A stretch of DNA of 64,000 bases from Chamaesiphon sp. Lineage in GTDB: Bacteria; Cyanobacteriota; Cyanobacteriia; Cyanobacteriales; Chamaesiphonaceae. Position 1 is the stretch's first letter. The number at the start of each line of letters is the position of its first letter. Shown here in pieces: positions 9,677 through 19,339 of this stretch. The DNA lies in the NCBI GenBank assembly GCA_965246715.1, contig CBDFFH010000042.1, forward strand, positions 1 through 64,000, written 5' to 3'. The notes below the pieces were generated by a model that saw only the letters and a program-made list of their open reading frames with translations, made no database searches and had not been told where the DNA came from. The translations under genes and the position numbers were made by a program.

Positions 9677-12403
9677 TTATTTTTCAGCCACAACAGTAGG
9701 TAAAATTACTTCAGGAATGACTGCTGGAGTCGGCTTTTTCACCTTCAGCGGTTTTTTGCCAAAGGTTAACGTCCGATCGCGGAGCGACTCTTGGGAACTA
9801 TCGGCACAATCGACATAAATCGTGTCACCTTCGCCAAAAGTAGTTTCCAAGATTTTAGTGGCGATCGGGTTTTGGATTTCTCGTTGAATGACACGTCTTA
9901 GCGGTCTGACACCATAGACCGGATCGTAGCCCACATCGGCGAGATAATCTTGTGCGGCGGACGAGAGGTGAATCTTAATCTCTCGATCTGCCAACATCCG
10001 CTCGATGTGTTGGATTTGGATCGAGACGATTTGACGCAGTTCGGTCTTCTTGAGCGGCTCAAAAATAGTGAGTTCGTCGATCCGACTGATAAATTCAGGG
10101 CGGAAGTGAGCGCGCAGAGAATTAGTTACCTGTTCGCGCAGATCGTGAGTTTGAGTATTATCTCGTTCTTGTGCTATTAAGGTCTTCATAATCTGCTCGC
10201 TGCCAATATTACTGGTCATCACGATCACAGTATTCGAAAAATCGACCGTTTTCCCTTTGGAGTCGGTAATTCGGCCATCGTCAAGAACTTGGAGCAGTAA
10301 ATTAAAAACATCAGGATGGGCTTTTTCGACTTCATCGAACAGGACCACGCAATAAGGATGGCGGCGGACGGCTTCAGTCAGTTGTCCGCCATCTTCATGG
10401 CCGACATACCCTGGCGGCGCACCGATCAGTCGCGAAACTGCATGTTTCTCCATGTATTCCGACATATCCAGGCGCACCATCGCTTCGTCGCTGTCGAACA
10501 AAAATTCGGCCAGCGCGCGTGCCAGTTCGGTTTTACCGACACCTGTAGGCCCCATAAATAGGAACGAACCGATCGGGCGATGGGGATCTTTCATCCCCGC
10601 ACGCGCGCGCCGAATTGCGGCAGATACGGCACTGACAGCGTCTTGCTGCCCGATCACTCGCTGGTGGAGATGCGATTCGAGTTGGAGTAGTTTTTGACGT
10701 TCTGAAGCCAACAGGCGGTTGACAGGAATCCCCGTCCACTTGGCGACGATTTCGGCAATGTCGCTTTCAGATACCTGTTCGCGGAGCAGGGTCGAACCTT
10801 GGACTTGGACTTGGGCGAGTTCGGCTTCTTTGACTTCGCGTTCCTGTTGGAGTTTTTCGAGGTTACCGTATTTGAGTTGGGCTGCGGTATTGAGGTCGTA
10901 AGCCCGCTCGGCTTGCTCGATTTGGACGCGAATCCGCTCTTCTTCTTCTTTTAGGCTTTTGATCCCATCTAAGAGCTGCTTCTCGCCTTGCCATTGGTTG
11001 GTGAGTTCGCCCTGCTTTTGTTTGAGCGTGACAATCTCGACATCGATTTTATCCAGCCGTTCTTGGGTGGGGAGATAACTACCACTATGCAGATTTTCAC
11101 CTTGGAGCGAAAGTTTTTCCATCTCCAATTGCATCACCCGCCGATCGATTGCTTCGAGTTCGGCAGGCTTGGAGGTAATCTCCATTTTGAGTTTGGCGGC
11201 GGCTTCATCGACGAGATCGATCGCTTTATCAGGTAAAAAGCGATCGGCAATATACCGACTCGATAATTTGGCAGCAGCGACAAGCGCGGAATCGCTAATC
11301 TTGACACCGTGGTGGACTTCATATCGTTCTTTCAATCCGCGCAGGATCGAGATCGTATCTTCGACACTCGGCTCGTTCACCTGGACGGGCTGAAACCGGC
11401 GTTCTAGGGCGGGATCTTTCTCGATATACTTGCGATACTCATCGATCGTCGTCGCACCGATACAGCGCAATTCTCCCCGCGCCAGCATCGGCTTGAGCAA
11501 GTTTCCGGCATCCATCGCACCTTGATTGCCGCCAGCACCGACGACGGTATGGAGTTCGTCGATAAATAGCACGATTTGTCCGGCAGATTCGGTCACTTCT
11601 TTGAGCACCGATCGCAACCGTTCTTCAAATTCACCGCGCAATTTGGCACCTGCGATCAAGCTACCCATATCGAGCGAAATCAGGGTGCGATCTTTGAGTG
11701 ATTCGGGCACATCGCCGTTGACGATCCGCTGCGCCAATCCTTCAGCGATCGCGGTTTTACCCACGCCTGGCTCACCGATGAGGACAGGGTTATTTTTTTG
11801 TCGTCTGGATAGTACCTGCACGACGCGCCGAATTTCTTCATCGCGACCGATTACTGGATCCATCTTTCCGGCTTTAGCTGCTTCGGTGAGATCTTTGCCA
11901 TATCTGGAGATCGCATCACCAGATACCTCGGCTGTTGGCGGCAGCGATTTTGGTTTGGGTGTGGTGGCGCGTTGCTGTTCGATCGCTGTTTCCAATTGCT
12001 GGCGATCGACATTAAAGGCTTTGAGCAACCGCCGTCCGACCCGATCGTCCTCCATGAGAGCTAATATAAGATGATCGATGCCGATCGCATCATCTTGCCG
12101 ACTTTCCCGTGCGGCATCAGCCCGATCCAGTAATAAGTCTAACCCGCGCCCTAAATACAAATCGACAACTTGGTTCAGTCGGGGTTGACGAGTCGTAAAT
12201 TCTTGGAGTTGTCGCGCTAATTTTTCGACATCTACTCCAACTCGGTTTAGAATTTTGATAGCTAAATCTTGCTGTTCCAGTGCGGCAATCGCGACATGTT
12301 CGACTTCTAACTGCTGATTGAAAGATCTTCTCGCTACGTCCTGTGACTTGATAATTGCATCCCAGGCTTGGTCTGTAAATTTAGTAGGGTCTGTAGGCTG
12401 CAT
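9677..12403 (-). CDS. clpB: ATP-dependent chaperone ClpB
   Basis: Clp N domain, two AAA+ modules ([16 protein letters not shown]), middle coiled-coil domain. Confidence 0.97.
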   Translation of the reverse strand: MQPTDPTKFTDQAWDAIIKSQDVARRSFNQQLEVEHVAIAALEQQDLAIKILNRVGVDVEKLARQLQEFTTRQPRLNQVVDLYLGRGLDLLLDRADAARESRQDDAIGIDHLILALMEDDRVGRRLLKAFNVDRQQLETAIEQQRATTPKPKSLPPTAEVSGDAISRYGKDLTEAAKAGKMDPVIGRDEEIRRVVQVLSRRQKNNPVLIGEPGVGKTAIAEGLAQRIVNGDVPESLKDRTLISLDMGSLIAGAKLRGEFEERLRSVLKEVTESAGQIVLFIDELHTVVGAGGNQGAMDAGNLLKPMLARGELRCIGATTIDEYRKYIEKDPALERRFQPVQVNEPSVEDTISILRGLKERYEVHHGVKISDSALVAAAKLSSRYIADRFLPDKAIDLVDEAAAKLKMEITSKPAELEAIDRRVMQLEMEKLSLQGENLHSGSYLPTQERLDKIDVEIVTLKQKQGELTNQWQGEKQLLDGIKSLKEEEERIRVQIEQAERAYDLNTAAQLKYGNLEKLQQEREVKEAELAQVQVQGSTLLREQVSESDIAEIVAKWTGIPVNRLLASERQKLLQLESHLHQRVIGQQDAVSAVSAAIRRARAGMKDPHRPIGSFLFMGPTGVGKTELARALAEFLFDSDEAMVRLDMSEYMEKHAVSRLIGAPPGYVGHEDGGQLTEAVRRHPYCVVLFDEVEKAHPDVFNLLLQVLDDGRITDSKGKTVDFSNTVIVMTSNIGSEQIMKTLIAQERDNTQTHDLREQVTNSLRAHFRPEFISRIDELTIFEPLKKTELRQIVSIQIQHIERMLADREIKIHLSSAAQDYLADVGYDPVYGVRPLRRVIQREIQNPIATKILETTFGEGDTIYVDCADSSQESLRDRTLTFGKKPLKVKKPTPAVIPEVILPTVVAEK

Positions 12404-12469
12404 TCTAAAGGGATGGCGATTATAGTCTCGGCGTGTTTGTTCAGTATATCAAGTAAGTCCGATTCGAGC

Positions 12470-12499
12470 GCGATTCTCTCACAGAGGCGGTGCTAACGA
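12470..12499. repeat. Small dispersed repeat inserted in a HIP1-type site (SDR5-like)
   Basis: GCGAT|TCTCTCACAGAGGCGGTGCTAA|CGA; same pattern at 18241, 46630 and 51547. Confidence 0.6.
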
Positions 12500-12586
12500 T
12501 CGAGTTAACTCGATCTGCCATGCCTAATTTTTAATGTAGCAACTGCTAATCTCGATCGGCTCGCTCAGACGTTAACAAGATTACGA

Positions 12587-12612
12587 GTTACTTCCAAGAT
12601 CTTGGAAGTAAC
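12587..12612. promoter_or_regulatory. Perfect 26-bp palindrome in the clpB/glk divergent promoter region
   Basis: GTTACTTCCAAGA|TCTTGGAAGTAAC; the palindrome is certain, its function is not. Confidence 0.4.
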
Positions 12613-12661
12613 GCTCTAGTTATTTACTATTGTATCTCTGTACAGATTTGGTTCAAACCCT

Positions 12662-13699
12662 ATGAAATATCTATTAGCAGGCGATATCGGTGGCACAAAA
12701 ACGCTGTTGAGATTAGTCGAAATCGAGTCCCCGCATCACGTTGCCGCCGAGCAAATTTACAGCAGTCAAAAGTATCCAGATTTAGTACCGATCGTCAGCG
12801 AATTTATCGAGCATGCCAAAACTAACTTTGGGCACGATCTCGAGCTAAAAACGGCATGTTTGGCAATTGCTGGCGCAGTAGTCGATCGAGCATCATATTT
12901 ACCCAATCTCGGCTGGCACCTGAATGCAGAACGGCTCCAACAGGAGTTACAGATTGCGTATATCGAATTAATCAATGATTTTGCCGCGATCGGTTATGGA
13001 GTGCTGGAGTTGCCACCATCCGACCTCTACACGCTTCAATCCGGACAACCCCATCCAAACGCTCCAAAAGCAACGATCGGCGCGGGTACGGGACTGGGAC
13101 AGGGCTTGTTGATTCACAATGGGACGGACTATAACATTATTTCCACAGAAGGCGGACATTGTGATTTTGCCGCACGATCGGTTGAGGAATTTGAGTTGGC
13201 TCGATATATTTGTCAGCAGATGCAGATCGAGCGAGTCTCGAACGAGCGCATCGTCTCTGGGCGGGGGATCGTCGCCATCTATCAATATCTCCGCGATACT
13301 ACCAACCTTGCCGAAAATCCTGAGATCGCCAGTGTAGTTAAAACTTGGGAAGCTGAAACCGAGAAGCTCACCGATCCAGCGGCACCGATCTCATCAATGG
13401 CGATCGCGAAAACCGATCCACTTGCGATCGCCACCATGAAAATGTTTGTCTCGGCATACGGTGCCGAAGCTGGAAACCTGGCTCTAAAAATTCTCCCCTA
13501 CGGAGGTCTTTATCTGGCTGGGGGCATCGCTGCCAAGAATATACCCCTATTGACTGATGGCACATTTATTGCCGCATTCAATCATAAAGGGAGAGTGAGC
13601 GATTTACTCAGTAACATCCCCGTGTATGTTATCCTCAATCCCCAAGTTGGTGTAATTGGTGCTGCATCCCGTGCTGCCAATTTACTACACAAAATGTAG
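12662..13699 (+). CDS. glk: Glucokinase
   Basis: LAGDIGGTKT, LINDFAA, GAGTGLG, TEGGH, GGLYLAGGIA. Confidence 0.95.
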   Translation: MKYLLAGDIGGTKTLLRLVEIESPHHVAAEQIYSSQKYPDLVPIVSEFIEHAKTNFGHDLELKTACLAIAGAVVDRASYLPNLGWHLNAERLQQELQIAYIELINDFAAIGYGVLELPPSDLYTLQSGQPHPNAPKATIGAGTGLGQGLLIHNGTDYNIISTEGGHCDFAARSVEEFELARYICQQMQIERVSNERIVSGRGIVAIYQYLRDTTNLAENPEIASVVKTWEAETEKLTDPAAPISSMAIAKTDPLAIATMKMFVSAYGAEAGNLALKILPYGGLYLAGGIAAKNIPLLTDGTFIAAFNHKGRVSDLLSNIPVYVILNPQVGVIGAASRAANLLHKM

Positions 13700-13865
13700 C
13701 TGTGACGACGATCTCACACTGACGATGCTGTCAAACTCTAGGAATGTTTGGGATGTCAGTCGATCGGTACACAAAATTCCAAAACATTAAGATTGTCAAT
13801 CAGAGAAACATTAAAAAATAATAAAGGTTATACTAGAATAAAGTGGTGCTAATAAAAGGAGAGCT

Positions 13866-14198
13866 ATGTTTCTTAGACTAGCAAGTCAACATCGAGAATT
13901 TGTCAAAGACCTAGTAATGAGCCTTCAGGCTCTAGCTGTGGTGTTGGAGCGCGGCGGCTATGAGGCTGCTTGCTACACCTGCGGCGACGAAATGAATAGT
14001 GCTAATTTCATGGTCAGTCTGGCTCCAAACCATCTGATCCGGTTCCTGGTATCCGATTATGGGATTACCTGGACTGAATTGCGCGACGATCGGGAGTTAA
14101 TGAAGCTTGAAGGTGCAGAAGCGATCGCGCAATTGCAGGAACTTGCCGATTTACTCAAACAACAGATTCAAGCTAATGCTTATGTAATGGTTGGCTAG
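13866..14198 (+). CDS. Conserved cyanobacterial protein (DUF1815-like)
   Basis: MFLRLASQHREFVKDLVMSLQALA...CYTC...IRFLVSDYGITWTE. Confidence 0.75.
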   Translation: MFLRLASQHREFVKDLVMSLQALAVVLERGGYEAACYTCGDEMNSANFMVSLAPNHLIRFLVSDYGITWTELRDDRELMKLEGAEAIAQLQELADLLKQQIQANAYVMVG

Positions 14199-14307
14199 TC
14201 AACCGGATTATCGACGTGCTTGCGAGCGCCTAAATTTGAAGAGAGACTAGCTAACGGCTGGACGCATGAGTACATTTCCTTGTGCGATCGCACATTAGCA
14301 TCGAGAG

Positions 14308-14994
14308 TTAAGAATTAATGACCGTCAGACCATCCACTCTAGTAATCTTGTCTTGTAAGACGATCGGATGTTGACCGTAAAAAGGTAATGCCACCGACCA
14401 ATCAGGTCGCTCACCTTCACCATAAGCAATCTGTGCCAATTCCCACACATCTCTAACCGTAGCAGATAGATTTGCAGATCGATCGATCTGATGATGATAA
14501 CAAGGCTCGGATCGAGCTAATTGCAATTTCCACTCAGTAGTCGATAAGACCGTATCCGCGAGCATCACCGTGATGCGATCGCGATCGGGTGCTAAATTGT
14601 AAATTGCCACAAACACCTCATCTCGCTGAGCGGGCATCGAAATCGCGACCGTTCCAGTACCGATCTCGCACGGATGCTGCTGCGGTAAGCTCCACGCTAC
14701 CGCAGCCAAGCTTGAAATTGTAAAAATCGGCAGCTCCAATTGCTGCGCCAATGTGCGCGCCGTAACCATTGCCAATCGAGTACCTGTAAATCCGCCAGGG
14801 CCATTGGCGACAGCAATCCAAGCCAAATCTTGCCACGTTTGTGGACTTAAGAACTCTAACAGATAAGGATGGAGATAATTTGAAGTATCCCGTCCTAAAT
14901 CCCATACCCGATCGCGATAATCCTCACGACTATTACCAATCGCCAAACCTAACGCTGGACTGCTAGTATGCAGTGCCAATCCATATTTTGTCAT
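14308..14994 (-). CDS. tsaB: tRNA threonylcarbamoyladenosine biosynthesis protein TsaB
   Basis: LALHTSS, GPGGFTGTRL...ARTLAQQL, C-terminal LPFYG. Confidence 0.9.
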   Translation of the reverse strand: MTKYGLALHTSSPALGLAIGNSREDYRDRVWDLGRDTSNYLHPYLLEFLSPQTWQDLAWIAVANGPGGFTGTRLAMVTARTLAQQLELPIFTISSLAAVAWSLPQQHPCEIGTGTVAISMPAQRDEVFVAIYNLAPDRDRITVMLADTVLSTTEWKLQLARSEPCYHHQIDRSANLSATVRDVWELAQIAYGEGERPDWSVALPFYGQHPIVLQDKITRVDGLTVINS

Positions 14995-15106
14995 CGTTTT
15001 AGGGGATCTGGACTAGAAACTTAGGATTAATGAGCATGAGTATTATCGTGAATTCAATCCAAAATCCCAAATAAGATCGACATCAATTCTGGCCAACCAA
15101 AACTGA

Positions 15107-15634
15107 CTAGCTGGCTGCTTCCGACATTTCAATAATCTGACCTTCATAATCTTTAACTAAAAAGACCAGCGGCTTTTCGCTGCGAATCCGATGTTTGATA
15201 CCTCGGGTTTGAATTCGCATCAGAATTTGTTCGAGACAATCGCGATCGAAACAAACGTGACGCTGACGATTTTTGTCGCCCGTACTCGCCCCAGTAATGA
15301 TGTGAAGTTGGGTATTTTTCTTGAGTTGATACCACAATCCATCTGAAGCTTTCATCCCTCTGACGCTAGCTCGACCCATCGGTGCGGCTAAATACATCGG
15401 GTCTATCCCCGCACTACCAATCGTTTGCTCGTAATCGTAATAGTAATGCAATGGGACTTGCGCGATCGGTAAATTCAGTAGTCCTTCATATAAATCCTGC
15501 GCGATTTGGAGGTCGGACACCATCAAAGTGTGGACCTTGGGGGCACTAGTCAGAAACAGCCACATCGCCCCAGCGTAGGCTGCAAGAAGCATCACCATGA
15601 TGCCTTGGGTCGAGAACAGGCTATCTAGAGGCAT
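15107..15634 (-). CDS. Glyoxalase/VOC-like domain protein with N-terminal TM helix
   Basis: VHTLMVSDL...GLWYQL...QLHII...RHVCFD...VKDYEGQIIE VOC pattern. Confidence 0.75.
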   Translation of the reverse strand: MPLDSLFSTQGIMVMLLAAYAGAMWLFLTSAPKVHTLMVSDLQIAQDLYEGLLNLPIAQVPLHYYYDYEQTIGSAGIDPMYLAAPMGRASVRGMKASDGLWYQLKKNTQLHIITGASTGDKNRQRHVCFDRDCLEQILMRIQTRGIKHRIRSEKPLVFLVKDYEGQIIEMSEAAS

Positions 15635-15856
15635 AGGATCGATATAGCAAGGTTAATAATATGTTAACAGTCATCAGCTTACAGAGATTTAACAAAGTAT
15701 AGCTCAACGATCGAGATTGGGCTAGCAGCCAGCCAGACCTTCATACATCTAGCTTATCGCGAGATCTTCCCAACTCAATCGTCTGATTGTCTCAATATAT
15801 TAGACAAATCTCTGTATATCTGATATGATAAAACTCTGTGAATTTTTCCAAAACAC

Positions 15857-16222
15857 ATGAAAGCTCAGGAAATTATTCGCTCGATCGAAGCGGAATACAT
15901 CAAATCCGATCTGCCTACCCTTCACATTGGCGACACCGTCCGTGTAGGCGTGAAAATTCAAGAAGGTAATAAAGAACGGGTTCAACCATACGAAGGCATT
16001 ATTATTGCCAGACGTAATGGTGGAATCAACGAGACTATTACTGTCCGACGTGTCTTCCAAGGGATTGGCGTGGAACGGGTATTCCTGTTGCACTCACCCA
16101 AAGTTGACAACATCAAAGTAATTCGTCGCGGTAAAGTCCGTCGTGCCAAATTGTTCTATCTTCGCGATCGCGTTGGTAAAGCAACTCGCGTCAAACAGCG
16201 GTTCGATCGCCCCTTGGTTTAA
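15857..16222 (+). CDS. rplS: 50S ribosomal protein L19
   Basis: [41 protein letters not shown]. Confidence 0.98.
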   Translation: MKAQEIIRSIEAEYIKSDLPTLHIGDTVRVGVKIQEGNKERVQPYEGIIIARRNGGINETITVRRVFQGIGVERVFLLHSPKVDNIKVIRRGKVRRAKLFYLRDRVGKATRVKQRFDRPLV

Positions 16223-16316
16223 TCGTCCAGCTCTTTATCTGGGTGTCCTGACCGTTAACTCTATTTTACGATTATACTAAAGTACAGGGTCAGGAATCGC
16301 ACTCTCATTTCATCAT

Positions 16317-16389
16317 GCGTCCTTAGTTCAGTTGGTAGAACGTCGGTCTCCAAAACCGAATGTCGGGGGTTCAAGTCCTCCAGGGCGCG
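16317..16389 (+). tRNA. trnW: tRNA-Trp (CCA)
   Basis: Acceptor stem GCGTCCT/AGGGCGC, anticodon arm TCGGT-CTCCAAA-ACCGA, T-loop GGTTCAAGTCC; 73 nt. Confidence 0.96.
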
Positions 16390-16427
16390 TCAATTCAGGG
16401 ATTAGAGATTAGCTGTTAGTCTTTATT

Positions 16428-16476
16428 AGTGAACAGTGAATAGTGAACAGTCCGTAGGGTGGGCAATGCCCACAGC
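16428..16476 (+). repeat. Heptamer repeats (AGTGAAC/T) plus a GTAG-type REP-like palindrome
   Basis: agtgaac agtgaat agtgaac, then GTAGGGTGGGCAATGCCCAC. Confidence 0.55.
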
Positions 16477-16537
16477 ATGGGTTTTAGTCTACTTTATTCT
16501 CAAACTTATTTACACATAACTACTTATCTAATCTTTG

Positions 16538-17146
16538 CTATTGCCAGATTTTTTTCAGATTCAACACAAATCCAGGTAAAACATCCTCACAACTGACAGA
16601 TAGGGGAACTTCGAGGGTTTCGATCTCTGTTTGTCCCCCTCGATAAATTTCTACTTGTTTGTCTTGAGGATTCACTAATAATCCCAATTTTACGCCTAGC
16701 CGCTGATATTCCTGCATCTTGGCTTGTAAGGTATTTAATCTGTCGCTAGTCGATCGTAGTTCGATAATAAAATCGGGTACGACTTCCAAAAACCGATCGA
16801 GGGGCACTCCTGCTAGCCGCGACTTCTCGATCCACGATACATCTGGCGATAGCCTCCCGCCGCCGATGGCGATAAAGTCATATCCAGTTGACGAGTCAAA
16901 CACGTCGCCTAATCCGGCGCGTTCGTTCCAAACATAAACTTGACTACCCAACTCTAAATTCTGCCGACCGCTAATTGGAAAGGCTGGGGGCATAACAATT
17001 AGTTCTCCAATAGCGGTCAATTCTAAGTGTAAATCGGGATTGTCAGCACACAACTTGTCAAACTGCTCTGGCGTGACATGTAAGGTAGTATTGCTCACGT
17101 CGAGTAGCAATGGTTGAGTCTCAACTGGCGCAGTCGCAATCGTCAT
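16538..17146 (-). CDS. Uma2 (DUF820) family putative endonuclease
   Basis: ELTAIGELIVMPP, FDSSTG, SPDVSWI, PDFIIELRS, KMQEY...GVKLGLLVNP. Confidence 0.92.
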   Translation of the reverse strand: MTIATAPVETQPLLLDVSNTTLHVTPEQFDKLCADNPDLHLELTAIGELIVMPPAFPISGRQNLELGSQVYVWNERAGLGDVFDSSTGYDFIAIGGGRLSPDVSWIEKSRLAGVPLDRFLEVVPDFIIELRSTSDRLNTLQAKMQEYQRLGVKLGLLVNPQDKQVEIYRGGQTEIETLEVPLSVSCEDVLPGFVLNLKKIWQ

Positions 17147-17234
17147 AAAACCTCCACGGATTTGTCACTATCGATCCTTACTTCTAATATATCGCGGCAT
17201 TTGGATCGATCGATCTGAGCGGGTGTCTGTAAAT

Positions 17235-17302
17235 TGCCCCCTAACCCACAATTCTGGGGGAACCGGAATTGAAAGTCCACTAGAATTGGGGATTAGGGAG
17301 CG
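17235..17302. repeat. Cyanobacterial intergenic palindromic repeat
   Basis: CCCCCTAACCCACAATTCTGGGGGAAC...CTAGAATTGGGGATTAGGGAGC imperfect inverted repeat. Confidence 0.55.
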
Positions 17303-17482
17303 TTGAATTACTAAAATATTCGGCTGAATTGTAACTCAATCGACATACATATCGATCGATTTGGGCACATTACAGATGTAAGATAATAGGCGAGTTCGAC
17401 CGAGAGTAAATATTCTTCATCTCTCTTCGATCGATCGCCTGCTACTCTACATTTGCCATATACCTATCAAACAATCGAACAA

Positions 17483-18153
17483 ATGAAGCAACTCTCTTTT
17501 ACCCCCCCACAATCGCCAAAGCCCTTGCTATAACTAGCTTTTCAGCTTTGTCTTTACTCGCTACTGCTCCTGCCCAAGCGATCGTCATGAATTTTGAAAG
17601 CTTGGCTGTGAATAATAACACCATTAATACTTTAGAGCCTCCCTACACTGAAAGTGGTTTTACGCTTAGTTCTCGTGGAGGAGCAACTTTCAGTTATCCC
17701 GGCACTCAGAATTCCTTATATCTAGGCTCGACAGTTCTTTTTGGTAACTCCGGTACCCAGCAAATTACTCTAACCAAAGTCGGTGGTGGTGCATTTAATT
17801 TATCTTCGATCGATTTAACCGATTTGGATGGCTTTGGATCGGTATTTGTCTCATTTACGGGTACCAGAGCTGACAGTACTACTGTCACTCAATCCTTTAC
17901 CACAGATGCAATTTTAACTACCCTGGAGACTTTTAACTTCACTAACTTCACTAACTTAGTCTCCGTCAATTGGCGTCAGGGTACTACAACTAGTGCGGGA
18001 CATCAGTTTGATAACATCAATGTCAGTGCGGTTACTACTACTGCCGTCCCCGAACCATTCACGATCTTAGGCACACTCTTTGGTGCGGGATCTAGTGTTG
18101 CGCTGAAGCGGAAACTAACCAAAGCGCAAGCAGATAAACAATCGATCGATTAG
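17483..18153 (+). CDS. PEP-CTERM surface protein, frameshifted at a C7 tract in the signal-peptide coding region
   Basis: C-terminal AVPEPFTILGTLFGAGSSVALKRK; ATG 17483 is out of frame with ORF 17548..18153 unless C7 (17502-17508) is C8. Confidence 0.8.
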
Positions 18154-18196
18154 AAGTGGCAACAGTTTGAATCTGCTATTTCTAAGTACCAGTATC

Positions 18197-18238
18197 AAAG
18201 CGGGGGATTCGATCGCAAGGAAGAATTCCCCGCTTTTT
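18197..18238. terminator. Terminator hairpin between convergent genes
   Basis: AAAGCGGGGGATTC...GAATTCCCCGCTTTTT. Confidence 0.6.
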
Positions 18239-18240
18239 AG

Positions 18241-18270
18241 GCGTTGGCGTAGCCTACCGGAGGTAATCGA
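18241..18270. repeat. Small dispersed repeat inserted in a HIP1-type site (SDR5-like)
   Basis: GCG|TTGGCGTAGCCTACCGGAGGTA|ATCGA. Confidence 0.65.
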
Positions 18271-18288
18271 TAAGATTATTCGGTCATC

Positions 18289-18648
18289 CTACCCTCTACT
18301 CTCCCAATACTTGCAGCCTTCACATGGCCCAATTGGCTGAATCGCACAGCGAATGAGGGTCGATCGAGCATTATACACACAAGTAGCGTCACCAATTACC
18401 CATTGACCGTCGATAAGACTTTGCTCCTCTGGACGACTAGCCGATTGCACGTAGAGCGCAATCTTGTGGAGTTTGTAGCGACCGAATTGCAGATGATAGC
18501 GATGACGGCGTTCTAATACCACATAAGTATTACCCGCCAAATCGAGATAATTACCAGGTTGGGGAGTCCAATCCAACTTAACTTTAGCTAAAACTTGCCG
18601 CGATTGGGTCAAAATTACCTCGGTCGGCAAAGACTCTGGTTCTGTCAT
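18289..18648 (-). CDS. Conserved cyanobacterial protein (DUF6464-like)
   Basis: PQPGNYL, VLERRHRYHL, IGDATCVYNARS..RCAIQPIGPCEGC. Confidence 0.8.
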   Translation of the reverse strand: MTEPESLPTEVILTQSRQVLAKVKLDWTPQPGNYLDLAGNTYVVLERRHRYHLQFGRYKLHKIALYVQSASRPEEQSLIDGQWVIGDATCVYNARSTLIRCAIQPIGPCEGCKYWESRG

Positions 18649-18834
18649 CTAGTTTCCATAGTAAGCGTAGTTCACTATTCTAGACGATCTTTACAACATC
18701 GTCTCGATCGTCAAAAGTTAAAAACCTTTAACTTATGTAGCCTTTTTGAGAACTAGCATGAGTGGCTGCGGTAAACTAAGCCTTGATTCTTAGTTTTAGT
18801 TTCCCTAAAGCTTTATCGTTGGGAGGATGATTAA

Positions 18835-19080
<246 letters not shown>

Positions 19081-19339
19081 ATCTCATTAGTGGTTGGTGG
19101 CTAAGGGTGCCTAATTGTATCTTTAGTCATCAGCCACTATGAATTATGAAATAAGCTGCAAGCCTCGCAACTTAACTAGCTACTAGCTAATAACTTTTTT
19201 TGACGACTTTCGCACTAACTGTTACATTCGATCGCATATTGGGCAATTATAATTAGAGGATCGATCGAGACCTCGAAGATGGCGAAATTGCCATAAATTT
19301 GCCAAAACTAGGACAGCCGTTGCGGGAGAATTAGACTTT

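Noticed and set aside
9775..9798. Possible degenerate SDR1-like insert in the clpB 3' region (also 63080-63105)
   Set aside because: Too diverged to call without an orthologue alignment
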